NCBI GenBank assembly: GCA_002269645.1
Contig: NIVC01004260.1
Location: 1-52,771, forward strand
Direction: 5' to 3'
Length of the DNA stretch: 52,771 nt
Source: Macrostomum lignano
Taxonomy: Eukaryota
The notes beneath the pieces are model-generated. The model was not told the DNA's origin, did no database searches, and worked only from the letters and a program-made list of their open reading frames with translations. Below, piece by piece: positions 14,512-31,311 of this stretch (positions are counted from its first letter, which is position 1; each line of letters starts with the position of its first letter). The position numbers were made by a program, and so were the translations under genes.

Positions 14512-14798
14512 GCAACTGAGGATCTGAGAGGCTGGCCCAGCAACTGAGGATGGGAAAGGCTGGCTCAGCAACTGATACTCTGGGAGGCTTGCCCAGAAAC
14601 TGAGGATCTCGGAGGCTGGCCCAGAAACTGAGGATCTGGGAGGCTGTGGCCCAGCAACTGAGCATCTGGGAGGCTGGCCCAGCAACTGAGGATCTGGGAG
14701 GCCGTGGCCCAGCAACTGAGGATCTGGAAGGCCGTGGCCCAGCAACTGAGGATCTGGAAGGCCGTGGCCCAGCAACTGAGGATCTGGGAGCTGGCCCA
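14512..14798. repeat. Same 28/30-bp minisatellite in inverted orientation (right arm)
   Basis: Unit GATCTGGGAGGCT(GT)GGCCCAGCAACTGAG, the reverse complement of the 13209-13910 unit. Confidence 0.97.
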
Positions 14799-14800
14799 AC

Positions 14801-15095
14801 AATAGAGGAACTGATAGAGGCACTGATAGAGGCACTGATAGAGGCACTGATAGAGGCACTGATAGAGGCACTGATAGAGGCACTGATAGAGGCACTGATA
14901 GAGGCACTGATAGAGGCACTGATAGAGGCACTGATAGAGGCACTGATAGAGGCACTGATAGAGGCACTGATAGAGGCACTGATAGAGGCACTGATAGAGG
15001 CACTGATAGAGGCACTGATAGAGGCACTGATAGAGGCACTGATAGAGGCACTGATAGAGGCACTGATAGAGGCACTGATAGAGGCACCAATAGAG
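14801..15095. repeat. 12-bp minisatellite
   Basis: Unit ATAGAGGCACTG, about 24 copies. Confidence 0.98.
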
Positions 15096-15271
15096 TACCC
15101 ACTATATTTACCCAACCGTGCAATAATTGTAAACATAAAACTTACCTGAAAAAAACAATGGCTGTCTGATGCTTGCTGTGGTAAATCGAGTTCCAACTCA
15201 GCTTTGGTTTTTATCGATTTACTGCTCAACGAATCGTCTGATTTTTCCCGAACAAAAGTAACTTTTTCCAC

Positions 15272-15424
15272 TTTATATAGGACCCCGGCTGCTTGGCGAT
15301 CTAAGTCCAGATTTTGGTCCGGGCTCTGAGAACTGTTTGAGATCTTCTTGAGCGGCGAGTCTCATTGGCTGCGGTAGCTGCGGATTTTGGAGGAGTCGGA
15401 CCACGAGGCTGACTGCTCATTGGC
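15272..15424 (-). promoter_or_regulatory. Core/proximal promoter of NHLH: TATA box plus two CCAAT boxes
   Basis: Minus-strand TATATAAA at 15272-15279; GCCAATGAG twice at 15361-15369 and 15416-15424; all lie just upstream of the non-coding exon ending at donor 15146. Confidence 0.65.
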
Positions 15425-15589
15425 CTGCGCTACTTAGGGGTTGAGCTTAGGGATCTGCCGGATTGTTCTAAAAAATGTTCAGATGTATAAGGATCCTCAG
15501 TCAGATTTGAAAATATTCTAGTATTATTTTAATTCTTTGTTGGTTTTACAGACGATATCTTTTAATTTGATTGGGAGATGGAATTAGGG

Positions 15590-16035
15590 GGAGAGGGGAG
15601 AAAGTGAGAAGGGAGAGAAGAGAAGGGAGAGGAGAGAAGGGAGAGGAGAGAAGGGAGAGGAGAGAAGGGAGAGAAGAGAAGGGAGAGGAGAGAAGGGAGA
15701 GGAGAGAAGGAAGAGGAGAGAAGGGAGAGGAGAGAAGGGAGAGGAGAGAAGGGAGAGAGGAGAAGGGAGAGAGGAGAAGGGAGAGAGGAGAAGGGATAGA
15801 GGAGAAGGGAGAGGGGAGATGGGAGAAGGAATGAAGGAATGGGATAAAAAAGGGAGAAAAAAAGGAGAGGGAAGGGAGAGGAGAGAAGGGTGAAGGGAGA
15901 GGGGAGAAGGTAGAGGAAAGAAAGGAAAGAAGAGAAAAAAAGAGAGGAGAGAAGGGAGAGGGGAGAAGGGAGAGGAGAGAAGGGAAAGAGGAGAGGGAGA
16001 GGAGAGATGGGAGAGAGGAGAGGGAGAGGAGAGAA
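15590..16035. repeat. Homopurine (GA-rich) tract, about 14-bp unit GGGAGAGGAGAGAA
   Basis: Almost exclusively G/A on the plus strand. Confidence 0.97.
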
Positions 16036-16564
16036 CCCTTTTAGCTATAGCCGGGCGATGAAAGGAGCCACGTGTATGTGCAATACTAAGATTCAGTCAC
16101 ATGCTGAGAGGCATTAGAAGCCATAGATAATTCAATATCGTTTATATTACAGAACTCTTAAGTGCTTCATATTGCATGACATCAAAGGCGCTTGAAAATG
16201 TGCCACTTCCATGGTTACGAGACAAGAATATGCTATTACTAGCGTATACGTGCACTGTAATATTAATTATTATAGAATTTTTTCACACTTAAGTTTGTTC
16301 ACGTGCTCAACATTTTCTTATCAGAGATTGGATCAGTGAAATGCTAATTGATTACTCTGCATATAGTGGCGAAACGGAAGCTCTTTTATTGACGTTTGAC
16401 ACATTAATGGCTTTATGGAGTTTTTTGTCTATAGTAGGCGTATCTTCTGATCTTGTTCGAGCTTTGTCGGGCTCCTTGATGTATTAGCTAACGGCAGCAA
16501 AAATGGAGCAGGGCCCAAGCACGTGACTCTTCTCTTACTTCACACTCACGCCTCCTAACTATTT

Positions 16565-17695
16565 TTAACTTGGCGCCTTATGACCATTTGAACGTGCATG
16601 GCGCCTTCTGAAGTTCTAAACAATTAAACTGGGCACCTTCTGACCATGACTGAACTTTATGCCTCCTGACCATTTTAACTGGGCACCTTCTGACCATTTT
16701 AACTTGGCACCTTCTGACCAATTAAACTTGGCGCCTCCTGACCATTTTAACTGGGCGCCTTCTGACCAATTAAACTTGGCGCCTCCTGACCATTTTAACT
16801 GGGCGCCTTATGACCAATTAAACTTGGCGCCTCCTGACCATTTGAACTGGGCGCCTTCTGACCATGACTGAACTTTATGCCTCCTGACCATTTAAACTGG
16901 GCGCCTTCTGACCATTTTAACTTGGCGCCTTCTGACCATTTTAACTTGGCGCCTCCTGACCATTTTAACTGGGCGCCTTCTGACCATTTTAAATAGGCGC
17001 CTTCTGACCAATTAAACTTGGCGCCTCCTGACCAATTGAACTTGGCGCCTTCTGACCATTTTAACTGGGCACCTTCTGACCATTTTAACTTGGCGCCTTC
17101 TGACCAATTAAACTTGGCGCCTCCTGACCAATTGAACTTGGCGCCTTCTGACAATTTTAACTGGGCACCTTCTGACCATTTTAACTTCTGACCAATTAAA
17201 CTGGTCCAATTAAACTGGCGCCTTCTGACCAATTAAACTGGGCGCCTTCTGACCATTTTAACTTGGCGCCTTCTGACCAATTAAACTGGGCGCCTTCTGA
17301 CCATTTTAACTTGGCGCCTTCTGACCAATTAAACTGGGCGCCTTCTGACCATTTTAACTTGGCGCCTTCTGACCAATTAAACTTGGCGCCTCCTGACCAA
17401 TTGAACTTGGCGCCTTCTGACCATTTTAACTTGGCGCCTTCTGACCAATTAAACTTGGCGCCTCCTGACCAATTGAACTTGGCGCCTCCTGACCAATTAA
17501 ACTTGGCGCCTCCTAACCAATTGAACTTGGCGCCTCCTGACCAATTGAACTTGGCGCCTTCTGACCATGATTAAACTTAGCGCCTTCTGATCATGATTAA
17601 CCTTGGCGCCTCCTGACTACTTTAAACTTGGCGCCTTTTGACCATTTAAACTTGGCGCCTCCTGGCCATAATTAAACTTGGCGCCTCCTGACCAA
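16565..17695. repeat. 24-bp minisatellite
   Basis: Unit GGCGCCT(T/C)CTGACCA(T/A)TT(T/A)AACT(T/G), over 40 copies. Confidence 0.98.
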
Positions 17696-18299
17696 TTAAA
17701 TAAGATGAAAATCATAAGTATATAGCTAGACTGTATTATAACAAAAGCGACCGTCTCTGCCAAGAAGAAACAATTGTCACAATAAAAATTTAGCACCAAA
17801 AAAGCATCATTTTTGCATTGCTTTGCCCTTTTGTAACTGGGTGTATACTTCGGTCTCCTCCTTGAACTCGAATAATTCGTCCATGTTTGAAAAGCGTTCG
17901 GCAGGAACTAAATAGAAAATATGCGTTCGGGTTTGTAAATTTCATTTCTTTGTTATAGCGAATTCAAAATTCAAAAAAAGAAACTTATTGACAAAAATTG
18001 AACACCCTTTTCTTAGGCCACGACTTTTTAGGAGATACAATTTTTTGCCTCAAAATTCTCCCTGAAAAAAGCCACTTGACCCATCCCCAGGACGCTACTT
18101 AGATCAGTAGTCTAAGTGGGACATTTTTCCAAACATTATTTTGAGTTGTCTTGCAAACCCTTGTTTTTTTCCATTTCTAAAATTCGTTCACGCGCGAGTT
18201 GTTTCTTTTTGATAACCTAAAAAATGCAGAGCATCATAAAGAGCTTAAAGTCTACTAGAAGTAATCAGTTCAGACTTTGTGTCTCTCTTAAATTCCGAC

Positions 18300-23563
<5,264 letters not shown>

Positions 23564-24027
23564 CTGAAAAACAACTGCTATTTTTTTAACGACAATTTGC
23601 TATGCTTGGCAAGCCATGCTGGGCAAAAATTGTTCGCGTCTGGTCTTGGCTCTCTCGTTTGAAGGTTAGGCGCCTCGTATTGTGGGAATTTAAGAAGCAC
23701 TGTCTATGGCCCGCAGGCGACTTGGGCGGACCCTATAAGCTAATTCTCTTCTTGATTGCAGCACCAACGTGTCGTACTCATAACGGCAGGTTGTGTCGTT
23801 CTGCCGTATTGATGGCATTTGGAATAAAAACTCAAGAAGTCAGCAAACAAAAAGTCTTCGTGGTGACCATAGACGCAAAGTTCAATCTCGTCTGTCGATA
23901 TGTTGATCCAGTTTCTAAGCATAATTAACTCTCCTGAGTTATGAAATTGAATCACCTACAGTGCTATGAAATGCGTCACTTGGGGCTGATGCAATCTGAG
24001 AGCACTTGACCATTTGGGGTTGGGAAG

Positions 24028-25105
24028 CCAGACACTTAGGTGCAAGACACTTCGGTGCAAGACACTTCGGTGCAAGACACTTCGGTGCAAGACACTTCGG
24101 TGCAAGACACTTCGGTGCAAGACACTTCGGTGCAAGACACTTCGGTGCAAGACACTTCGGTGCAAGACACTTCGGTGCAAGACACTTCGGTGCAAGACAC
24201 TTCGGTGCAAGACACTTCGGTGCAAGACACAAAGGTGCCAGACACTAATGTCCCTGACACTTCGGTGCAAGACACAAAGGTGCCAGACACTAATGTCTCT
24301 GACACTTCGGTGCAAGACACAAAGGTGCCAGACACTAATGTCCCTGACACTTCGGTGCAAGACACAAAGGTGCCAGACACTAATGTCTCTGACACTTCGG
24401 TGCAAGACACAAAGGTGCCAGACACTAATGTCCCTGACACTTCGGTGCAAGACACAAAGGTGCCAGACACTAATGTCCCTGACACTTCGGTGCAAGACAC
24501 TTCGGTGCAAGACACAAAGGTGCCAGACACTAATGTCCCTGAAACTTCGGTGCCAGACACTTCGGTGCCAGACACGGTACCAGACACTTAGGTGCCAGAC
24601 ACGTAGGTACCAGACACGGTACCAGACACTTAAGTGCCAGACACTTCGGTGCCAGACACTTATGTCCTAGACAATGCGGGGCCAGACACTTACGTCCCAA
24701 ACAATTTGGCACCTAAGCGTCTGGCACTGAAGTGTCTGGCACCGAAGTGTCTGGCACCGAAGTGTCTGGCACCGAAGTGTCTAGCACTTAAGTGTCTGGT
24801 ACCGTGTCTGGCACCGAAGTGTCTAGCACTTAAGTGTCTGGTACCGTGTCTGGCACCGAAGTGTCTGGCACTTAAGTGTCTGGCACTGAAGTGTCTGGCA
24901 CCGAAGTGTCTGGCACCGAAGTGTCTGGCACCGAAGTGTCTAGCACTTAAGTGTCTGGTACCGTGTCTGGCACCGAAGTGTCTGGCACCTAAGTGTCTGG
25001 CGCCGAAGTGTCAGGGACATTAGTGTCTGGCACCGAAGTGTCTGGCACCTAAGTGTCTGGCGCCGAAGTGTCAGGGACATTAGTGTCTGGCACCGAAGTG
25101 AAGTG
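24028..25105. repeat. Foldback-like palindrome made of 15-bp units
   Basis: Left arm (24028-about 24665) has GACACTTCGGTGC(A/C)A units with a 45-bp higher-order variant. Right arm (about 24715-25105) has TGGCACCGAAGTGTC units and includes exact complements of left-arm variants (CAGGGACATTAGTGTCTGGCACC). Confidence 0.93.
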
Positions 25106-25445
25106 TCAATCTACTCTGAAGCAACAATGAAAGAAACAATTAGCAAGCCAGAAAGCCACAGAAATGATCATTCTTTACTGGTTTATTGAGATATCTCGTT
25201 TCGTCTTCTAACACGTGGCAACTCATTCTTAATACGAGGCCATAAAAAAGCAAGCTTCAGTTTTACCCAATTTGTATCTATCTGTTAATGAGTGCAGAAA
25301 TGTATGATAAAATAAATACATTGAACTCAATGAATGCTCTTGTTTTTGAAAGGCCTTACTACAATTTTTGATTTAAACATGCATACGAGCGTACGCTTAT
25401 AGTTGAAGTTCTGTTTGGGTATTGCAAGTCTCAGGTTGAAGTCAG

Positions 25446-28400
25446 TCAGTACAGACTGGTTGAAGTCTGGCCATCGAATATTAGCGAATAATTATTTTGA
25501 AACACCAGCGGATAAATGAATTTGAATTTGCGCGATTTGTAGACCACTTCCAGAGCGAGACCGACTGCCTCCTGGATGACGCCAGGCATGAGGCGTTTCA
25601 GCACCTCGGTGTGAGTTGATAGCGATGGACTCGAGTTGATGTCAATTAGCCATACCTGTTAGTTTTGTCAGTTTTAATTTGTTTAAATAGACTTAAGGCA
25701 TTATTGAGCATGGGCAAAAGTCTCAAGTGTTCATGCTGGACGATCGATAACTTTCACTTTACAATGTGGGGACCCTGAAATTAGATCTTAATACCTGAAA
25801 AATGCGATCTCTAATTAGGGGATTAACATCTGGATGATGGGATCTCTAATTAGGGAATTAACACCTGAATGATGCGAATCTTCAATTAGGGGATTGTCAC
25901 CTGGATGAAGGGATCTCTAATTAGGAGATTAACACCTGGATAATTAGATCTCTAATTAGGGGATTAACATCTGGATGATGGGATCTCTAATTAGGGGTTA
26001 ACACCTGGATGATGGGATCTCTAATTAGGGGTTAACACCTGGATGATGGGATCTCTAATTAGAGGATTAACACCTGGATGATGGGATCTCTAATTAGGAG
26101 ATTAACACCTGGATAATTAGATCTCTAATTAGGGGACTAACACATGGATGATGGGATCTCTTATTAGGGGATTATCACCTGAATAATGACGAATGAATTT
26201 CAACAATTTAAAATTGAGCCTCACCTGCATTCGACTGTCAATAAGAAAGTCGCAGCCGAATATTTCGAAGCAGCGTCGCCCCCGAATCTCCATGCCGTTC
26301 ATGAGGGAGACAATGTAGCCCAGAATAGCTTTAATCCTTGGGTGCAGCCGGTTGTGCACCCAGTCCAGACCAATGTCCAACTCCCTGTGACGCTTGTTAA
26401 AGTAGCAGTTCAACTCCCCTGGCGACCATGTGGTGGCCTCTTTGACCCTCTGGTAGCGTGGATCGCGCTTCTGCAGAGCCTGGTTAGTCAGGTGCACAGT
26501 CAGGGTTGTGCTGTCCTTCTCGTAGCGTCGGCAGGTTAGCCGAACGTATCCGGGATGGTAGAAAGCAAACAGAGTGTTCTTCTCCTGATGCGGTACTACT
26601 AGTAGGAAGACGCGCAAATCGAACTTGCGCTTGTCAACTAGCAGAGGGTCGTCAATGTACCTTCATTTGCGACACAGAAGTTTAGAGGGCTCGATCGTTT
26701 CACGATGTCGAAATCAGATTAGGATTTTATTTGGGATTAATACCTGGATCAATAGTATCTCTAATTGGGGGTGGTTATTACCTGTATCAGGTAATCCCTA
26801 ATTAATAGGATTGATATCATGGGTTCTCTAATTTAGAGGATGAATCCTATAAGATCTCCAACTGGCGAGAATAATCCCCGGATAGTGGGATCTCTAATTA
26901 GGGGATTAATACCTGGATAGTGGGATCTCTAATTAGGGGATTAATACCTGGATAGTGGGATCTCTAATTAGGGGACTAATATCTGAATGATGGGATCTCT
27001 AATTAAGGGATTAATACCTTAATTATCGGTATTATGGAGAAGTTATGGCAATGTGAAACTTCGATTTTCTGCAAGCAAACAGAGAGCTCACTTTTGCACC
27101 AGAATGTCACCAGCGTTGAAATTTTTAAATTGCTCCTGAACCAGAGTGGCGAACTCTTTTAAGTCGCCGCTAGATCGATAGAGCTTGAGCTCGGAGCCCT
27201 GGCTTGAGTTGCTAGGCTTCAGAATCCAAGTTGTCCCCGGTCGCTCTGGAGTGGGTTGGAGAATCTGTGAGAAAATTCTCCTGAATGCAATGAGTCTATA
27301 TGATGCAAGGTTATTTAGTGCATTCAGTGTCCTGGCAACCGTGTCACCTGTATAGCTCTGGGGCGTGCTGGAGAGGCTGAGACAGTGAATTCTGCATAAT
27401 ATCGTTTGATATTTAATAGGCATTCGCTAGGGTGCATCAGAGGAATGTACTTTTACCTGATGCACTGTTGGACTGCCGAATAAGTGATGTAATAAAAGTG
27501 ACAAACAGTTGTTAAGTGTGACGTGTTAGATAGGGGGTGCCAAGTGTTAGATAGAGAATGTCACCTGTTAGATTAGGAATGTCACATATTCGATAAAGAT
27601 TTTACCTGTTAGACAATAAATTTCACCTGTCAGGTAAGGAATGTCACATGTTAGATAAAAAATGTCATCTGTTAGATTAGGAATATAACCTGATAGATAA
27701 GGAATGGTACGTGTTAGATAACGAATGGCACATGTTAGATAAGGAATTCACCTATTAGATAAGGAAATTCACATGCTAGATAAGGAATGTCATCTGTTAG
27801 ATATGGGATGTCATCTGTTAGATATGGAATGTCATCTGTTAGATAATGAAGGTCACCCGATAGATATGGAATGTCACATGTTAGATATGTAATGTCATCT
27901 GTTAGATAAGGAAGGTCACCCGATAGATATGGAATGTCACATGTTAGATAAGGAATTTCACATGTTAGATCTGGAATGTCAAATGTTAGATTAGGAATGT
28001 CCCCTGTTAGATAAGGAATGTCACATGTTAAGTAAGCATGTACTGTGTAGTCGGAAATATTGTCGAAAATTCTATATTTTATGAATAATTACTGTTTCAA
28101 CTATAATTTTAATTACATTATGACCATTAAAGTCAAAAGGGTTCTGAAAAAGGACTAAGTTATGTTGATTAAAGTTTCATAATAATATCCCCAAGTCATC
28201 AGGTTTTTCAGTTTCAAGAACACTCACGAATTTCTCGTCTAAACTCGTCGCTCATGGGATGCAGCAGGTAGGACTTGGGCAGCAGAGCGTTCATCTGAAG
28301 TTCGTCCGGGGCGTGCGGACTTCGGTTCATCCACAGCAGCTTGTACAGGCCGCACTTGCTGGACATTCGAATGCGACAGTTGATTCGGCTCAGGATTGAG

Positions 28401-31311
28401 TCCTCTGGATGGATTTTAGACTGTTTCTGCTTTCAAACTCTTTTTTTTTATTGAAAAAATTAATTTCTCTTTTCTTGTAAGATAGGGATGTCACGTGTTA
28501 GATAGGGAATGTCACCTGTTAGATAGGGAATGTCACCTGTTAGACAGGAAAAATGTCAACTGTTAGATAGGGATGTCACGTGTTAGATAGGGATGTCACG
28601 TGTTAGACAGGGATGTCACGTGTTAGATAGGAATTTCAGATGTTAGATAGGGAATGTCAGATGTTAGATAGAAAATGTCCCCTGTTAGACAGGGAATGTG
28701 ACCCGTTAGATAGGGAATGTTACATGTTAGGTAGGGAGAATGTAATATGTTAGCTAGGTAATGTCACTAGTTAGATAGGGAATGTCAGATGTTCGATATG
28801 TAATGCCACCTGTTAGATAGGGAATTAACTTTTATTCATTAAGCTTGTGCACACTCTCCCGCTGCTTGTATTAACCTGGATAAGCTGCCGCGGAGGCGTT
28901 GGCGGACAAGCCGGAGTAGCCGTAGCGCCACACTAAATGATGCGATCGTTTGGTGATGGCCACCTGGTTGACCTTGGTCCTGTCCTGCCACCGCAGGTGC
29001 GACATCAGCTCTTCGATCCTTTGTAAGATATGGATTTTTTAGAGGGGGGGGGCAACAGTGTCAGTAGGGGGTACTAAACTGGGTGTCCGAGGGATACTAA
29101 ACTGGGTGTCCGAGGGATACTAAACTGGGTGTCCGAGGGATACTAAACTGGGTGTCCGAGGGATACTAAACTGGGTGTCCGAGGGATACTAAACTGGGTG
29201 TCCGAGGGATACTAAACTGGGTGTCCGAGGGATACTAAACTGGGTGTCCGAGGGATACTAAACTGGGTGTCCGAGGGATACTAAACTGGGTGTCCGAGGG
29301 ATACTAAACTGGGTGTCCGAGGGATACTAAACTGGGTGTCCGAGGGATACTAAACTGGGTGTCCGAGGGATACTAAACTGGGTGTCCGAGGAATATTAAA
29401 CTGGGTGTCCGAGGGATACTAAACTGGGTGTCCGAGGGATACTAAACTGGGTGTCCGAGGAATACTAAACTGAGTGTCCGAGGGATACTAAACTGGGTGT
29501 CCGAGGGATACTAAACTGGGTGTCCGAGGGATACTAAACTGGGTGTCCGAGGGATACTAAACTGGGTGTCCGAGGGATACTAAACTGGGTGTCCGAGGGA
29601 TACTAAACTGGGTGTCCGAGGGATACTAAACTGGGTGTCTGAAGGGTAACAAGCTAGGTGTCCGAGGGGGTACCAAACTGGGTGTCCGAGGGGTACCAAA
29701 CTGGCTGTCCAAGGGGTACCAGACAGGGTGTCCGAAGGGTACCAAACTGGCTGTCCGAGGGGTACCAAACTGGGTGTCCGAAGGGTGCCAAACTGGCTGT
29801 CCGAGGAGTGCCAAATGCGGTGTCAGGCACACCGAGTTGACAGTTAATTCGCAACAAAATTGAATAAAGCCGCTCAATCCGATCCGTCAAAAGCTCACAT
29901 CTCGGCTCCCAACGTTGATTCCAAAGAATAAGTGCCCAGCAGAGTGGGATATGTGTCCAAGAATATATGGCACTTATTAGCCAACGGGTACGGATATTTC
30001 ACCAGCTGGTTCTCCATGATTCTCTCTAATTTCGAAGCCAGACCAGTGTGCACTGTGCACTGAGTGTCCCTGGTCTGCGCGTCGCGGTCCTTGGAGCCGC
30101 CGGCGAAGCCGCCGCCCTGCGAAGCAGCCGTTGCGGCGGCTTGCTGCTTGAATTTCTGCGTTTTCCGAATCTTTAACAGGCAGGGCGGCCGAGCCGGGTG
30201 CTGCTGCTGGCTCGGCGGCTTCACGATGGTCAGGCGGACGCAGTCGCCTTGGATGGTTTTGATGGCTCCCTCGTCTTCGGGACTTCGGTCTTGCTGTTGG
30301 GGTTGCTGCTGCTGCTGCTCCTGCTGCCCTCTTGAGCACAGATCGCTGACTGAAGATCTACAGAGATGAATTGTAGGTGTTTGTGAAAATATTATCAATT
30401 TTAATAGGTTGATTAATCTGTGGGACCTGAATGTGTAGATCGGAATAAATTCAATTTAGAAACTCATATCTCTATTTAGTTTCTATTTTATTCCTAAGTT
30501 CTAAGTCTTAAGTTCTAAATGCTACCTAATTATGGATACGTAGAAATGCCAAATTTTACCTAATCTGAATTGGTAGAGAGTTCTCAATTCTACCTATCTA
30601 TAATCAGTAATGTATAAAAGTCCTAAATTCTACCTAATTAGGAATGTGTTAAAATCCTAAATTCTACCTAATTAGGAATGTGTTAAAATCCTAAATTCTA
30701 CCTAATTAGGAATGTGTTAAAATCCTAAATTCTACCTAATTATGAATGTGTTAAAATCCTAAATTCTACCTAATTAGGAATGTGTTAAAGTCCTAAATTC
30801 TACCTAATTAGGAATGTGTTAAAATCGTAAATTCTACCTAATTATGAATTTGTTAAAGTCCTAAATTCTACCTAATTAGAAATGTGTTAAAATCCTAAAT
30901 TCTACCTAATTATGAATGTGTTAAAGTCCTAAATTCTACCTAATTATGAATGTGTTAAAGTCCTAAATTCTACCTAATTAGGAATGTGCTAAAGTCCTAA
31001 ATTCTACCTAATTAGGAATGTGCTAAAGTCCTAAATTCTACCTAATTAGGAATGTGCTAAAGTCCTAAATTCTACCCAACCAAGATTTTCTGAGATGTTC
31101 TAAATCTAAATTCTACCATGTTAGGTTATTGTGAATGTTCAAACTTCTACCCAATTGCAACAGTAAACTAGGATTAGAACTACTCCATAAGGCAATAAAA
31201 ATTCCGAACTCACGGATCCTGTTGACTTCGCGATTGACTTGGAGCAGCAGCGGTTGAGTCTTTAAACTGGTTCATCTGCAAGGGCTTGCTATTGCTGAAG
31301 GCGTTGGCCAT
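25446..31311 (-). CDS. TTLL10: TTLL10-like tubulin glycylase-family protein, copy A (upstream paralogue), 558 aa
   Basis: Exons 31311-31214, 30357-29899, 29018-28876, 28404-28228, 27245-27092, 26660-26225, 25655-25446; all GT-AG and phase-consistent, total 1677 nt. Motifs WILKP, VQKYIDDPLLVDKRKFDLR, GYVRL, HLTNQALQ, EATTWS, FGCDFLID, WLIDINSSP. AATAAA on the minus strand at 25182-25187. Confidence 0.9.
25780..26190. repeat. 34-35-bp intronic minisatellite
   Basis: Unit GGGATCTCTAATTAGGGG(A)TTAACACCTGGATGAT. Confidence 0.95.
26730..27020. repeat. Same 34-35-bp family in the next intron
   Basis: Unit GGGATCTCTAATTAGGGGATTAATACCTGGATAGT. Confidence 0.9.
27520..28030. repeat. About 21-bp intronic minisatellite
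   Basis: Unit GTTAGATAAGGAATGTCAC(C/A)T. Confidence 0.93.
28480..28830. repeat. Same about 21-bp family in the next intron
   Basis: Unit GTTAGATAGGGAATGTCAC(C/G)T. Confidence 0.93.
29060..29820. repeat. 23-bp intronic minisatellite
   Basis: Unit ACTGGGTGTCCGAGGGATACTAA, homogeneous on the left and diverged on the right. Confidence 0.98.
30620..31080. repeat. 34-bp intronic minisatellite
   Basis: Unit AATCCTAAATTCTACCTAATTAGGAATGTGTTAA, about 13 copies. Confidence 0.97.

Larger units (their letters stand above)
13131..15145 (-). other. 5'UTR intron of the NHLH gene (2015 nt)
   Basis: Donor CAG|GTAAGT at 15146/15145 and acceptor TTTCCAG| at 13131, 16 nt before the ATG. The upstream exon (about 15146-15250) has no ATG. 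Confidence 0.75.

Noticed and set aside
14492-15271. 259-aa ORF upstream of NHLH
   Set aside because: Non-ATG start within the TATA region; it reads through the donor into intronic repeats.
27246-27264. Acceptor at 27264 for the TTLL10-A exon
   Set aside because: It is phase 0 while the upstream donor is phase 1; the CAG at 27246-27248 gives the right phase and the same spacing as copy B.
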